A stretch of DNA of 64,000 nucleotides from Magallana gigas (GCF_963853765.1 NC_088862.1:19344001-19408000); one strand, 5' to 3'; shown: positions 25,606 through 39,594, counted from the first letter of the stretch. Numbers and translations: made by a program. Notes: generated by a model from the sequence alone, not told the origin.

Positions 25606-27057
25606 TAATACTGTAGAATTAACATCATGCTAGTTTTTACTATTCCTAAGTATTGTCAAGCTATTTCATTGATTTTGATCTCTCAAAGCATACAATCAGA
25701 CTTCGAAAGCCAAACGTTCCGATGTATTGATTCAGAATAGACATGTATCTCCGTTTTGCGTTCGCGGAATTCTTTTAAAGCATGAAAACAAACAGCAAAA
25801 AGCTTCAATCATTGACCTAAACAAAAGAAACTATATAGTCAAAAGCCATCGATTCAGCCTTAAACAGTCACGTTTTGTTTGAAATACATAGTGACTTTTT
25901 GACCTCATGATCACTTGTTTGACTTTTGTTGTTAATGATAATACCTAATTTGCAATTATATTACAAGCAGTCCGAAGAGAATATCGAGGATTTATAGATA
26001 ATTCTTACAAGTGTTCTTTGTTTGGAGTTTGTTCTCTCTTTGTGTACTGAAAAAGCACCAACACCAGGCTTCGTTTTACATATGCATGAACCTTCTATTT
26101 ATGTAAATACAAAGTTGCTTTTTTTACAATGATTTCAAATGGTCAGCGAAAATAGCCCATATGTATTGAAGCGGAAGTAGTTGATTAGAATCGAGTATCC
26201 CTTTCGGTTCTCTAGAGTGTGTTTTTATGATTTCCTGTATTATACTCCGTACTGTTTTGCGAGGCTTTTGTTACTCGACGGAAGGATTCGAGACCTGCCA
26301 AAAAACCTTGTCTTGAGACTTTCAAATAATACACATTATAAGTCAATTTTTGCAATTTTCAAGTCTGGGTTCTTAATTTTGGTATTTATCTTTGTGAGCA
26401 CATCATGTAGACTTGGTGGGGGGGGGGGGGGGGGGGGGGGACAGGTGCTTGCAATTACATCAAGTGGAACATCAAATGGATTTTCATCCGAACATTGCAA
26501 ACCAAAGAAAAACTTTTCTTTTTGTGAGAACAGTTGCTCGACACATGTGACTCACAGGTTGCATGTATCTACAATCAAAATGATGGCAATATTCCATACA
26601 TTTTCATAATGACACATTTTCAAAATTTACGTAAGCTGTATTTATGTACCATAACTCCTAAAGATCATGATTGTACCTCTACTTCTACGAATACAAGACA
26701 GGAATCTTGGAATATGTGTCCCTCAAAAGTGTACCCCACATCAACTTTCCTCTCTTCCACTTGAGCCTCACCACCTTCTGTACCGTAATTTTTTTCAAAT
26801 TAATATATACTTTGGATATAATTTTGAGAAACGAGTGTATGTTTTGACATCTACAGATTTTGCATCATGTGAAAAAAAAACCGATATTGTTTGGTCCGTT
26901 CTCTATTTCAATATCAGTATACTTTATTTGCACCAAAGCTCATCACTTCTGTTCTGTTTTATGTTTACCCAAATTTTGTCAGTGTGATATATTTGAAATG
27001 GAAACGTGTGTGATAAAGTTCCTTATGTTAACTTATTAAAATGGAGTTCAGATCTTG

Positions 27058-27455
27058 TTATTATACCCACGTAACGAAGTTGCGGGCGGTCCGTCAGTCA
27101 GTTAGTACGCCAGTCCTGTTTTTGTTTTTGTAAACTGCTGCACAGGATTTCAGTAAAGTGGGCATTTTGAAAACAATGTGTAGATGTTCATATTATCAGG
27201 AAATTCCGATTCCATTATAACTCTGGGGAGTTAGGTCCTTTTGTTCTTAAAATTTTGGTCCTATATTGACCATATTAAAGAACAGTTTGTAAGCGCAGCT
27301 CCTCTTAAAACGCTGCAAGGAATTTGTTGAAACTTTCTAGGTATTTACGACACAATGTGTAGATGCGCATATTACTAGGAAATTTCGATTTTATTACTGT
27401 TCTAAGAATTTTGGAACTTTTGATCATATAAAATTGGTCCTATATTGTATATAAA
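27058..27455 (+). mobile_element. HINE/Helitron-N-like element with two ~165-bp units; fragment also at ~14846-14985
   Basis: ttatacccacgtaacgaagttgcg start, gtccgtcagtca microsatellite, duplicated acaatgtgtagatg..catatt..aggaaatt..gatt unit. Confidence 0.65.
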
Positions 27456-30000
27456 GAGCTGTGATACCTAGCTAGCTGACAAAAATGTTTACACTATTAT
27501 GCAATCCATTAAGCTATTGAAAACTCTACAGGTATTCTGATTACATGTATCTGTAAGGAACCTGAGTGAAGGATTTAATTGCATAAACTTGATGCTTCAG
27601 GACATCAATGAGTCATTGATGTCCTGAAACTTTAAAAAGAAAAGAAATAATTGCACAGTGGTGTCTTAGGATATTAGAAATCATTGATACCCGTCTCTTA
27701 CGTAAAATCAAGCAGAGTATAAAAAGTGTCTATGATTTATAGAAGAAATAGCTTTGTTGATATTAAGTTGTGAGAAAATATGACAAAACATAATTATGTT
27801 AAATTTGAAAAAGTACAGTCTTAAACAAAATTAATAAAGTGTGAAATTTCTACTGTGATACTAGTATCAACCCGACATTTTCCGTATAGCAAAAGTATTA
27901 GAGCTCATTTTTATCTTTCATTTGAAAAAATAAAACACGCTTAAAGTCGATGCATGTGTTTTTTCGTAGTGCAAATAGTAGGATGTGAACGATGTTTTTG
28001 ATGTTTGATCCCTGAAACAATAATATAATTACCGTTTCAGGACTAATATTTAGTAGAATATAGTTTATGATGAAATCGGATTCATTTTGTACTTTTTCAT
28101 AACTTCACTGTACCATTAGTTATGGATTATGTAACTTACGCCGACAAAACATTTCAGTGGTTTTAGATAATTGGTCGTAGAATTCAATTGTTCATACATG
28201 CAGCTTGTGCGGATTATTGAATGTACTAGTATTTGATGATCGTATTTTGCAGAACAGTTGGTCAACATATGGCCACGTAAAACAAGTAATCAAGATTATC
28301 CTTCAGATTATCAAAAATTCATTAAAATGTATCGATTTCTTACTTTCCAAATCCAGGTTTACCTGTTCAATTAAAGTAAGGGTAACTCCTTGCAATGTTA
28401 TCTACCTAACTACAGAAATATTCAACCTTATTACTGATGTTATCAATATTTTTCACACGTTAAGCGATTGTTAGATGTTACCAAACGTAAGCACCGAACA
28501 ATGAAATATATAAACATTTTCCAATGAGACATTTAGTATGTACGAGTTCTTTTTAATATCTATTGAAAAGGTAATAATTTAAAATTACATATTTTTATAC
28601 CATTTCACTGTGAAAAAAAAGTATATATAAGGCCTCTGAAAAAAATGAAAATTAAAAAAATAATCATTTATTTTTTTCTTCTCAAAAGGTCAACAGAACA
28701 TACATGTTACGCTAACTAAAAATGACATTATTTTTCCGTTATTTTGTTATTGTTCATTTCGATAAATAATACGTCACAACATGGAGGTGTCCCATACCAC
28801 CATAAGCCCGCATCACAATAACATATGTTGAATGTTTTCATAGGAAATTTATTTGATCAAATCGCATGCCTGTGTATTGAATGCAGAGTCCTTACTAAAT
28901 ATCTAGATTATACGACCCCCAGAGATATATGTTTTTCTTAGGATCTTGATAGTCTGAAATTTCCGATATCTTTGGAAAGCAAAAAGACACGTTTTATCAT
29001 CACGTCTGAACTTTGCGTAACTTAAAGTCTTTAATATACTTTAAACAGAAATGATACATTTATTGTTGATCAAAAACATTTATATTTATATGCTTTTGGT
29101 GCTATCGACTTCTTTAGGCCGTCTCAACACCCATGGGTAAATGCCTTGGACTTTTTATGAGTGATGTTTATACAGTATGTGATATGGGAGCCAGCAATCT
29201 GTGCATACTGCAAAAAGTGGTCTTTATACCACAAGATGCTACTTTAACGGGAAATAAAAATACATGCATCATGGGTTACTGTACACGAAAAAAGCCAATC
29301 ATGGTTTAGGTAAAAGCTGTATGTTGTATAGAATTAATGTTTGAATTTTTTTGGTCCGTTTGTAAGATGTCATTAAAAATAAATGTCGCACAACGTATTT
29401 CCTCATCACATAAATGGGCAAAAAATCCAAGAGATGTCAATCGATAGGAATGGAAAGTCCATTGTGCTCTAATTGACGTCTTACAAGAATTAAACCATTC
29501 AATATAGACTCCAATAATACTGAATAACATTCCAATTAAAAGTTAATCTCCCAAATAAGTTGTCTGGGAGAAACCCTGTGCTGTGGGCAGACAATCCATC
29601 GCATCAAATGACAATAAAATCCCTTGTCTCTGACGGACGAGCGTTTCAACAGATAATGGAAAAACGCGGAAAGTTCCGACATCAATCAAAGGCGATTTTA
29701 GCATTTCATCTTGTGTGACCTTACAGTCATCAGGTTCATATCTGTGTGATTGTGATTATTTTTAGGTATCTCACTCCAAAAGGTGGTTGTATCAAGAATT
29801 TCTCAAGAAGTATATCATTGAAATATGTAGACAAAACATGCTTAAGAAATGCAAAGAAAAAAGGGGGGGTCAGTGTTCATCCCTCTGAGTTAGGGCAAAT
29901 TTGATTGACCTTTAGAATTGACATTGCAGCTTTTCGTTTATTGACACTTGTCACTAGGTTCTCTAACCAAGCAGAGTTTTTACATCAAATATTGTTTTAA

Positions 30001-31084
30001 AGTATACGCAAGAATCCGATTATATTTGGTCATTAAAAAAATCTACTTTTTGTACTTAAGGAATACGTTTACTCAGAAAAAATACACTGATGATAATGAA
30101 AAATCATCTATTATGTGTTAAAGACCTATCATGGAAGTGCTTTTTTTCACTTTAAAAAAATAGGTCAATGACCTACTTCTTGAGTTAATGGCCATAGAAT
30201 ATTTTTTTGAAAATTTAAGAAAAATCCCTAAAAATTTTACACTATGATTGAGATTTTCTTAATTGCGAAAGAAATTCAAATTGCTTAACTCTTTTAAAAA
30301 TGAAAAACAGTTTATGAATGGCAGTAGCACTAAACAGACAAAAAGCACTAAGTTTCATTCACAATTTTTATAAATATTCCAGTCCGAATTTCCTCTATCA
30401 GTTTTCAAATCCCTACCCATTTTTGATTCAATTTAACAAAAAACTGAATAAGACATTTATAGCATTAAACTAAGTATATTGACCTTACTCTGCATGCATA
30501 AAACTTATAAGAGGTTAATGATCAAAATTTTGAGATATGGTGTTTGTTATCTTTTTATGCATTTTTCAATATTTTTTAGGTGTGTGATTATCGATTATCT
30601 AAATGAAAAGTTGAGATAAAACCAACAGAAAATATGCAAAATTATGTTGACTGACAAATAAAATCTTTACTTTGAATATTACAGTACAAACAAATACATT
30701 TCAGTGAATAACAAAATCTGAAAAATTTAGTCCGAATTTTCTCTGTTTTGCTAAAAGTCCAATTTTGTTTGAGCTGAATTCCATAATATAGTAAAAATAT
30801 CAAATGGCATGTCAATAATAATTTATTTCACAAATACTTAGTGTTTAGAACATTAACTCTTGACATTGAACTTTTTTACAATCCGAATTTGAGAACTCAA
30901 GCCCTGAGTAAACAACGTCCTTAAAACTGGGTTTTATTTCAATAGGAACAATTAGATTAGCAAAAAAATCTCTCAGAATATCAAACACTTTTTTAATCCA
31001 ATGCAGTTTGTTTAGATATGTGCCCAGTATGTAATTGACGAAATAATACATGTGTACATGGGGGGTCAGTAATATCAATTTGCT
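30001..31084. mobile_element. TTAA-flanked non-autonomous DNA element (Kolobok-like, tentative)
   Basis: TTAA at 29997-30000 and 31085-31088; recognisable oyster-type repeat ends agtatacgcaagaatccgattata / catggggggtcagtaatatcaatttgct. Confidence 0.45.
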
Positions 31085-31088
31085 TTAA

Positions 31089-31485
31089 AGGAGTATGGTC
31101 ATGATATTTGTCAAAATTATTTTTCCAAATTTAATGTTTACAATGGTTCAGTAAAGCATTTTTAATAGGCAACCGAAATTTGAGGGTCTTTCGTTTAGTT
31201 ATAAGCAAGTTACAGAACTTTTAATTCTTTGTAATGTAAACAAAGCTTTTATTTACATTTTAAATGTTGAAGAAAAAAAATCGTTTTCGACCTAAAATGA
31301 ATGTATGAAACGTTAAGAACTGTTTATTTATGCTTAAAATGGGTAAGAAGATAGACAAGCCAGCTTAAAATGATTTTTTTTACATGTATTTTGAAGATAT
31401 GTAAACAAAAACGGGACAGGAGCCTTGTTTACATGACAAATTTCGAGCACTGTATCTTGCTTATGACTTCCGAATTTCATTCCCT
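31089..31485. mobile_element. TTAA-flanked non-autonomous DNA element (Kolobok-like), internally deleted
   Basis: ttaa|aggagtatggtcatgatattt...cattccct|ttaa; shares its left TTAA with the preceding element. Confidence 0.55.
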
Positions 31486-32673
31486 TTAAAGGTAAAATTT
31501 TTGCAAAATTTGACTAAACATTTTTCAGACTATTTTTTTTATATTGTCATCGTTTTACGATGAAAGTCACTCAAATTCTTTAATTTCGACTTCTAGATGC
31601 AAAACAGGGCTTACAGAAATTTTTCAAAATATCACAAGTTGAAAGTTTGCGTGCATTAAAATATTTTTTAAATGTTAAGTGCTAATAAATTTTTAAAGAA
31701 TGCTGATTTTCATTATTTACCTCTATAAAACCTTCCGTGCGAAAATATAATTCCAGACAAAACTTACCTGTTTATCAATTTTGGATCGATTTTCTTTATG
31801 AATGTTATGTATAAATGAAATAATTATCGTTTTGTGCTAAATTATTATATATATTCTACAATTTTTAAAGAAAATTATCATATTCGCAGTGAACAAGTGA
31901 TATATCTAAGTCGCATACATTGAAATCAAATAAAAGGAAGAACTTTCTTTCGTATGATCATCATAGCGAAACTTGATCAAAGAAAGGTATGGGAGTGGAA
32001 TTAGAATATCAAATACAAGAGACTGAATGAACAGAAGACTTTCATTATGTTCTATTAAATTCGTGTTCTGTGTCACGAAATATTGTGCGGTTGATTTTTA
32101 CATGGTAGTTTTTCATTCATGTTTATTGAATACTATTTAGGAGGTTGGATGTTTACAAATAAAAATACACGTACTTTAGCGTTTTAAATTTTCTGTTTAC
32201 ATAAATAATTGATGATAGCAGTGATATTGTATCTCGCGTGGCATTCGTAAAGAAGACATTCCTGCTTAAGTTCTCACAATATGCTTTTTTGCACTTTTTG
32301 TTTGTCAATACTTCATTACTCACATCCAATTAGAGATAACTTTGTCTCCTTTTTTACTGTTTGCAATTTGATTTTCATCTCTTCAGTCTTTTCATATATT
32401 TTATTTTAAAATACTTAAGTCAATTTTAGTATAAATTATCAACCATTGTTTGTAATGAACTCTTTTAAAAAAGATTACTATATAAAATATTACAAAACTT
32501 TAACAGGAAGGACACACAATTTTATACTGATATTTAATTTGATATGCAGTTTAGTTTTGGCTTCGCTTCATTTTTCCGCTAGAAGACGTCGCTGTTGATA
32601 TAATTTATTTTGGTTGATTTCGGTGAATTAGAATAAAATTATTTTCTTTTGTGGAAACGCAAGTAAGGAGTAA

Positions 32674-32703
32674 GGGGCGGGGCTTAAGGTTTTGTAGGTA
32701 AGT
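32674..32703 (+). promoter_or_regulatory. GC box and candidate 5'UTR splice donor upstream of GPCR exon A
   Basis: GGGGCGGGGC at 32674-32683; AG|GTAAGT at 32696-32703; matching acceptor ttttctgttcacag| at 33378-33379, 14 nt before the ATG. Confidence 0.35.
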
Positions 32704-33393
32704 CGTGTTCGATATGTATTCATTTTGGAGTTCAAACTTTGCACAGGAAAGTTTAAAGTGTATGATTGTGGTAACCAGTACCAGATAAAGTTCTTATTGA
32801 GTATACCGGTATAATGGTAATGTGCTCTTGAGCAAATATGACAAGCTGCCTGTCAAATCAAAACTTCGGAAGTTTTCAGATATGGTTGGTGTTGAATATT
32901 GAAGAATATTGATGTTAAATATTGCAGATTCTGTGGGAGTGACTTTCTGAAAGCAAGAACACAAATGCAAAAAATAAAATTAATATAGTTTTTTGTTTTG
33001 TTTTTGGTGTTTATTGTTGTTGTTAAGTGCAAGTACAAAAGAAGAATATAATGATACATATGCCGCACATGAATACCCATGTACATAACACGATAAACAT
33101 TCATTTTTACATTCACTAGATTCTCTCCAAGTTAAATGAAATAAATTAAAAAAAAAAGAAAGAAATGGAGTGCCGAAAAATCATGTATCCATGTTAAGAG
33201 CATCTTCATAATCTCAAGGTTGTGTCATTACGGAAGCTCACTCGGAGCTGCTTAATCACAAAACATTGACATTGTGAAGTTGTGTTAGAGTAAATATTTT
33301 CCTGAAAAACCCTTTAATGAAAGTTTGTTTCATTATTAGTTCATGTATTATTACAGAGTTTTTGATTTTCTGTTCACAGTTAAATAAAGAAAG

Positions 33394-33723
33394 ATGTCTA
33401 CAACAGAAGGTTTTGAAATCATCCATTCCACTTCCGGTTTTGACAATGAGAGCCTTGCCTTGGACCCCTCTCCCTCTAATTATGTCCACGTTCCTATCAT
33501 CTGGACAATTCTGATCATAGTTGGCGCTGTGGGCAATGGATTGGTTCTTTACATTGTGTTTCGATATGGAGAGCGCTCAGTGACGAACATCTATATAACA
33601 AATCTAGCCCTGGCGGATTTAGCTTTTCTTCTAATTGTGGTGCCAATCACAGCTATCAGCTTCGCAATGCCAGCATGGGGATTCGGTGACGGAATGTGCA
33701 AGTTCTTTACATTCACTATATAC
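33394..33723 (+). CDS. KISS1R-like: Class A neuropeptide GPCR (KISS1R/GPR54-like), first coding exon 'A': N-terminus, TM1, TM2, ECL1, start of TM3
   Basis: 110 codons; N-glycosylation site NES; VGAVGN, TNIYITNLALADLAF, VVP, W.FGDGMCK motifs; ends FTIY|GTAAGT, phase 0. Confidence 0.93.
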
Positions 33724-34367
33724 GTAAGTTTTTATTGATATTTATTACAGAACTAGAGAGCTATCTTTGAACGTAGAGATTGTAACAATCTAATGTAACA
33801 ACTGGTACAGTTCCGTTTCCAAATTCTCATCATTTAATTCGAGATCCTAGTAAAACAATGCTCGCTTTCTCTCTAACCGTTATAAACCACTACAAAAAAG
33901 CCCCGCTTTAAAAATCTTTCTGTTAGTTTTGTGTGTGAGGCGATTACTCAAACTGTTTTTAACAAGACATTTTCAAAAGGATCTATTGCGAATACCAATA
34001 CACATTGCGAAAACCTATAGGGGAGATAATTTCCCAGAATATTTTTTTGTTATTTTCTATCGTACATCTTTACTTATAAATTAAGACATTTTGCAAATAA
34101 ACTCAAAATGCCTGCAACAGAGTAACTGCTTACACCTTTGGTATTCAAACATGTGTGAAATGATGTCCTTAAGCTATAATTGAATTTCAACTGATAAGTT
34201 ATAATTATTGTGAAATTAAAAACCTACTTTCATTGTCGATTAACAAGCCCGAAATAGCAAAAATGAAAGTAAGGTGGTGGACACGCTTTAGCGGATCAAA
34301 GTCTGGGGAAGTTTGCATCCAATTATACATTTGCAATAAAAGAAACTCTTCTAGATTGTCAAGACAG

Positions 34368-34890
34368 TTATGCCCCCTCCCCCTTTCAAAGAAGGAAGGC
34401 CATACTGTTTTGCTGTTGTTGGTCGGTACATCATCAGTTTCCGTTCATTCTTTTCGCAGAGGCTGCATCTACCGAAATGAAATTTGGTATACAGATTTAT
34501 CTTATGAATATCAAGATAAAGTTAGATTTTTTGTATGATCGACCAATTTTTGTCCATTGGACAAATATTTGCAGTTTTCTTTCATTTTCTTCGTCGAGGT
34601 TGCACCTGAAATAAAACTTTTGTATACAGATTTATCATATGAAAATCTAAATCAATTTTGAATTAATATACCGAATTATCATATGAAAATCTAGGTCAAG
34701 TTCGAATTTGGGTATAATCGAGCACTTTGTGTCAGATTTATGCTCCTTGGACGTCGAAAAATTCCAGTCATTTGCAGTTTCCGTTTCACAAAATCCTCTT
34801 GTTTGTAAAAGATACTGTAATGCTGATTTGATCAGTTTTAATTTGGCTATTGATGCTCAGGTAAGCGATGTGGCCCATGGGACTCCAGTT
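34368..34890 (+). mobile_element. HINE-like element with tandem units
   Basis: ttatgccccc..cttt..gaagga start, repeated aaatttggtatacagatttatc..atga units, 3' end caggtaagcgatgtggcccatgggactccagtt. Confidence 0.7.
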
Positions 34891-35994
34891 ATTAAATGAC
34901 CACTGAGTTTCAGTACATGTATTTAAATGTCACTATCCTGGAGCAATTCTTAGTGGAGCCCTACTCATTTATTCAGTTTTCTAGTATGTTTATATTCAAC
35001 GTTTAATCAATAAAATCTATTGGTAAGAACTTTTGGGACTGATGTCAGATTTATTATTAGCTGATGATATATATATTGATTTAAATGTCTTAATCAATTT
35101 CATTCTTGTTATATCTAATGATGTCATTCGGTAAAGTATCATTCACCAATCGTGTATTACAATATACCTCCCATTGCTTCAGTTACCAGTTCCATCCGGA
35201 TTGTTCACACAATCGCTTTTTAACAAAGTCTCTTACACGAATAAAAAATCTGCGTACAATGTATTAAGTTGTACAATCTTATTCAACATGGTTAAAAAAT
35301 ATAGCCAAGAATTAATGTAAAAAATTAACTTGAGAATGATTTCAATTTTGTTGTAATTCATGAGCAAATCATTAACATATGGGTCCTAAGCGTATTCATG
35401 TTTTGATAAAGAAGGAAATGGGGTGTATATAATGTTGACAAGAAATATCTTCGACTTGAATGCTATGTGTTACTTGATATGTACATGTATTTACTGCTTT
35501 ATTAGCTACAAATCTTAGTTGCGAGGGAAAATATGTTGCGTGCCAGAGTTTTCTTTTCTAATTCAGATAAAACATAACAATGTTCTTCAAACCAAATTGT
35601 GGCTTTGTTACCCGGGTCTTTGTTCACCATAATCAATGGTTGTCGAGATTACAATAGTTACGATAGAAGATAAAAGCAAAAGCTATCTGGTATCTGGATT
35701 TATTGTAATATACGTATTCAGGTACTTTTTGTGAATTTGAAGGTTTGTTGCTCCGAAAATTTCAGACATTCAAGAAAAATAAGAAAATTTGAATATCAAT
35801 TATATGTTAACAGCTTACCAAAACTATATCACATCTTGTTTATACATGTAGCATTGATAATTTGCAGAAATACTGACATTGGTGTTGTATTTTACTTCCT
35901 TATCTGGTTGTCTTTACTGAAGCTCGTATCACATCACCATTTACAACGATGTAGTAGGCAGTGAACACTTTCATTAGTTTGAGACAGCAAAATA

Positions 35995-36458
35995 AACAAG
36001 ATATCCGTGAGCCAATGCTCACTAGTAAATACCCCCGCTCTGATGTGAATATGCAAAATAAGCAAAGTCTTTATTTCACAGGAAGTTGATGTCCTATTGG
36101 TACAAAAACATACCAGACACTATGGCATGGCTATACAAATAGTGAATTAATTAAAATTTCAAGCATCTGCGACAAATAGTTGTTGAAAAATCTTTGACGA
36201 AAATTTGTTTGATAATTTAGGCTAAAAATAAACAAAGTCGTCATCCAACATGAAATTGAGGTCCGATTGGTACAAAAATATACCCCACGATATGACATGC
36301 TAAAACAAATAGTGTGTTAAAATTTCAAGCATCTGCAATGAATAATTGCTGAGAAAAATGCGGCAGAAATGTTTGTTACGAACAGCCATACAGAAGGACG
36401 GACAGACTGACACAAGGGTAAAACAGTATACCCCCTTCTCCTTCGGAGCGGGGGTATA
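35995..36458 (-). mobile_element. HINE-like element with two ~170-bp units
   Basis: aacaag at the 3' end, duplicated gattggtacaaaaa...aaatttcaagcatctgc unit, ggacggacagac microsatellite, terminal hairpin tataccccc..cttcggag.gggggtata. Confidence 0.7.
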
Positions 36459-39400
36459 GAAAAATTCTAAACTGTACAAACTGGTCTGAGAGGAAACTGC
36501 CAACTTCTTTAATGGAAATATGACTAACATTAAAACAGAAATATCAGGGTATACACCATGAAAAATCGTTGGCGGGCGTTACGCGTTTCATCTTGATTGC
36601 TGATGAACAAAAGCTACCTCGGCCAGCGAACTGCTAAAAAAATCGACAATTTATGTAATTACCATGTAACAAACTATTTGCTGTTGACATTGATAGCAAC
36701 AACACTCAGAATCTGAATAAAAATGTAATATTTAACATCATTTAAAATTTACGATCTTTATTTTGCAACCTTTGATGTGATCAAGCATTTCCTCTGTTGT
36801 TTGAGCCGCTTTTGCGGAGGATGGAAAAAATCAATGGCTGAATAATTTTGAATTTACAGCTTTGACACAGAGTTATGTAAACAATCAGCCGACGCCATTC
36901 CTGTATACCGGTCCTTCCTCATTTTTTCTCTTTCATAAGATTAATTTGAAAATTATTGACGTAAGTTTGGACTTAATATCTTTTGATAACATCTATCGCC
37001 CTTTATCGCTTCACTTCAGCATACTTGTATCTCTTTCAAGTTAATAAAAAGTCCTTACATATATTTTTATAACATATAGTAGTATGCGGGAACAACATTT
37101 TGAGCGTCATTAAGTTGTATTCAATCCAGAACTGGTAGGCGAAAGATTGATTTTTTAAAAAAAATTGACATGTGATTCAAGATAAAACCGTTCTGTATAA
37201 TATGAGGACTTATCATCAAGTCTATTCAAAACACTATCGACAATCAGATCGTGTTTGGGCGAGAAATAAAAAGGATACTTAAAAAAGATTTGTTTATTTT
37301 GTTTCATTAGTTTTTTTTCATCAGTTCGCTGTGTGAACAAGCGCGTCCAAATTTGTACAACATGTAAAATAAAAACAAAATATTATTTTTATTCAAGACA
37401 ACACATCGAAAACAAATTAATTTGGTATGGGTCAGTTTACACTTAAAAAAACAAACAAACAAAGGTACATTAGAAGAATAGTTGATTTCGTTTATCACGA
37501 ATGTTTGATTCACTTAATTTAATGTGGAGCTGCAAAGAGAAATCAGTTCTATCTGACACGCCTTATTCCTCAAATTCCTCGATAAAAATATGAGATGTAG
37601 AAAAAGTTCCTTTATGGTTGATGAAAGCCCGTGCAAACCCTATGTTTAAATATCAAAAAAGGGTGATTCTACGGCTCTTTTTGACGAAGGAATTCTATAA
37701 TAAAGGAGAAGTGGGAAAGCAATGCAAAAAAAATCTTTATGAATATAAAAGTATAGCATACAACACTGTGCCGGATAATTATGCCGGTGCCATTGTGGTA
37801 TTTTTGCACCGCTTACGATGAAGTTTCGGAAAATTCCATATATACCTAATGATAGACCATTGTCCAGAGAATATATAACCACTTTTGTTTTTAGTGAGTT
37901 TTACCTGACAGGTGAGATAATTACCTTTTAAAAACAAATATCTGGTAGGAAAATGACAAGCTAGCTTTAAAATCTTGATGTAAATGTATACATGTATACA
38001 ATTAAAGGGAACTATATTATGAGATCTTAATTATCAACTCTAAAAAACATTGCTATGACAATCTACCCACATCTGCTCTTTTTAGTTCGCCAAATTTGTT
38101 GCATATTTTTTTCTTTTGAGGATTGATGTGACTAGGTCGATTACAAAGCCAATCTGATTTCCTGATTAGAACCAATGAGAAGTGTAAATATTTCAGCGAT
38201 AAATTGATTTTCCTTGTCTTGTAAAAATCCACTGTTCTCGAAGAGCTTCTAATTGAGTTTGCCGTGGTAGTAACATTTAAAATGAAGTTTATTTCTGATA
38301 ATACACAGGCCATACTCCTGTGCCGTGAATCCTTTCCAGAAAGACCTGTTAATACGATAGGGTTTCCCTCCATTTTTCCATTACAAGAGAACACAAAGAA
38401 AACAAATTAGTCGCTGCTTGAAATTACTGATAATCCTCTCCGTCAGAGGATATTAAAACCAATATCATCTTCGAGAATGCTCGTGTATCTCATTATTGAC
38501 TATTTCTCTCCCCCTTGTAACATAATTCGTGGATGTTGATCATTGCCTGAGTTTGCTTTGCTGTCGATTTGACATTTTCCTTAATTGTATTACCATGGTC
38601 TAAGTATTACCTCGACAAAATGGCCTAGTGAAACAGTCCAATGATGAGAGGGTACTTGTACATTTTTATCTGAATTATGAGTGGCGTTCTTTTATTTACT
38701 GGTGGTATTTGTGATAAAATTTTAAAAATCCGTTATTCAATTTTTGTGCCAGAGTCAAAAAGGCACTTTGCAGTTGCGTCGGCCGTATACCACAACATTC
38801 GAGTTGTATATTATGTTGTACACGTGGTGTATGTTTTTGAAGTGGCAAAAAGGAGGTTACGCGAAGATTTTTGGCTAGATTCTTAATTTATGGACTTATT
38901 TTGCCAGTCAGAATGTGCTTACGGAAGAAAGCATTTATTCATATTAAGATTTTATACACACCTTTGATTCCATCGTACACGTTTTAGTTTTCTCAAACAC
39001 CTCATCACATTCCCGCGATCAAATTTGACTGTGACGTATGTTTATGTTCAAATATCAAGACAAAGCTTAGGTTCATTACAATGTTTATATCATTTACAAA
39101 TATACGTCATCTGTACATGTTTGTGTTAACACATATTGTATTAGTTAATGAAATATAATGTACACAAAGTCATTGATGAAAAATTAATGTTATGCATGGA
39201 GTATTATAGTCAATTTGTTGTAACAGGGGTGAAAACACCTAAATAATTTAGAAACTTGATCGACTCTCAGAGTTTTCTATAGTCTTTCACGACCTAAAAT
39301 CATTGATGTATATTACATGTATATATATATAGCAATGATGTTACTTTGAAAAAAATATGTATTTTTAATTAGCATACACTAAACAGAAAAATAGATGTAT

Positions 39401-39594
39401 GTGCACATAGTACCATTATAAGCTTATGAGAAAAAAATGTTGAGATTACAATTTACAGTGGTCTTCTTTCCTGGGTATATTTTAACTTGTCAACAACTTT
39501 GAGAAAGATAGTCATTAGATTACATCCAAACTCAATAATCAACAAAAGAAGCAAAGTAAAAAACAACTGAGGACCAAAAACAATCAAGAAGTAA

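Noticed and set aside
26181-26987. Overlapping ORFs of 142, 76 and 106 aa around a poly-G tract
   Set aside because: Non-ATG starts, poly-Gly comes from a homopolymer, and I recognise no domain; possibly an old decayed fragment but not supportable.
28205-28474. 89-aa ORF and alternative exon-like frame EQLVNIWPRKT...
   Set aside because: No motif, weak splice signals, no partner exons.
38053-38394. 113-aa minus-strand ORF between the GPCR first exons
   Set aside because: No GPCR or other motifs on either strand; checked specifically as a possible missing exon.
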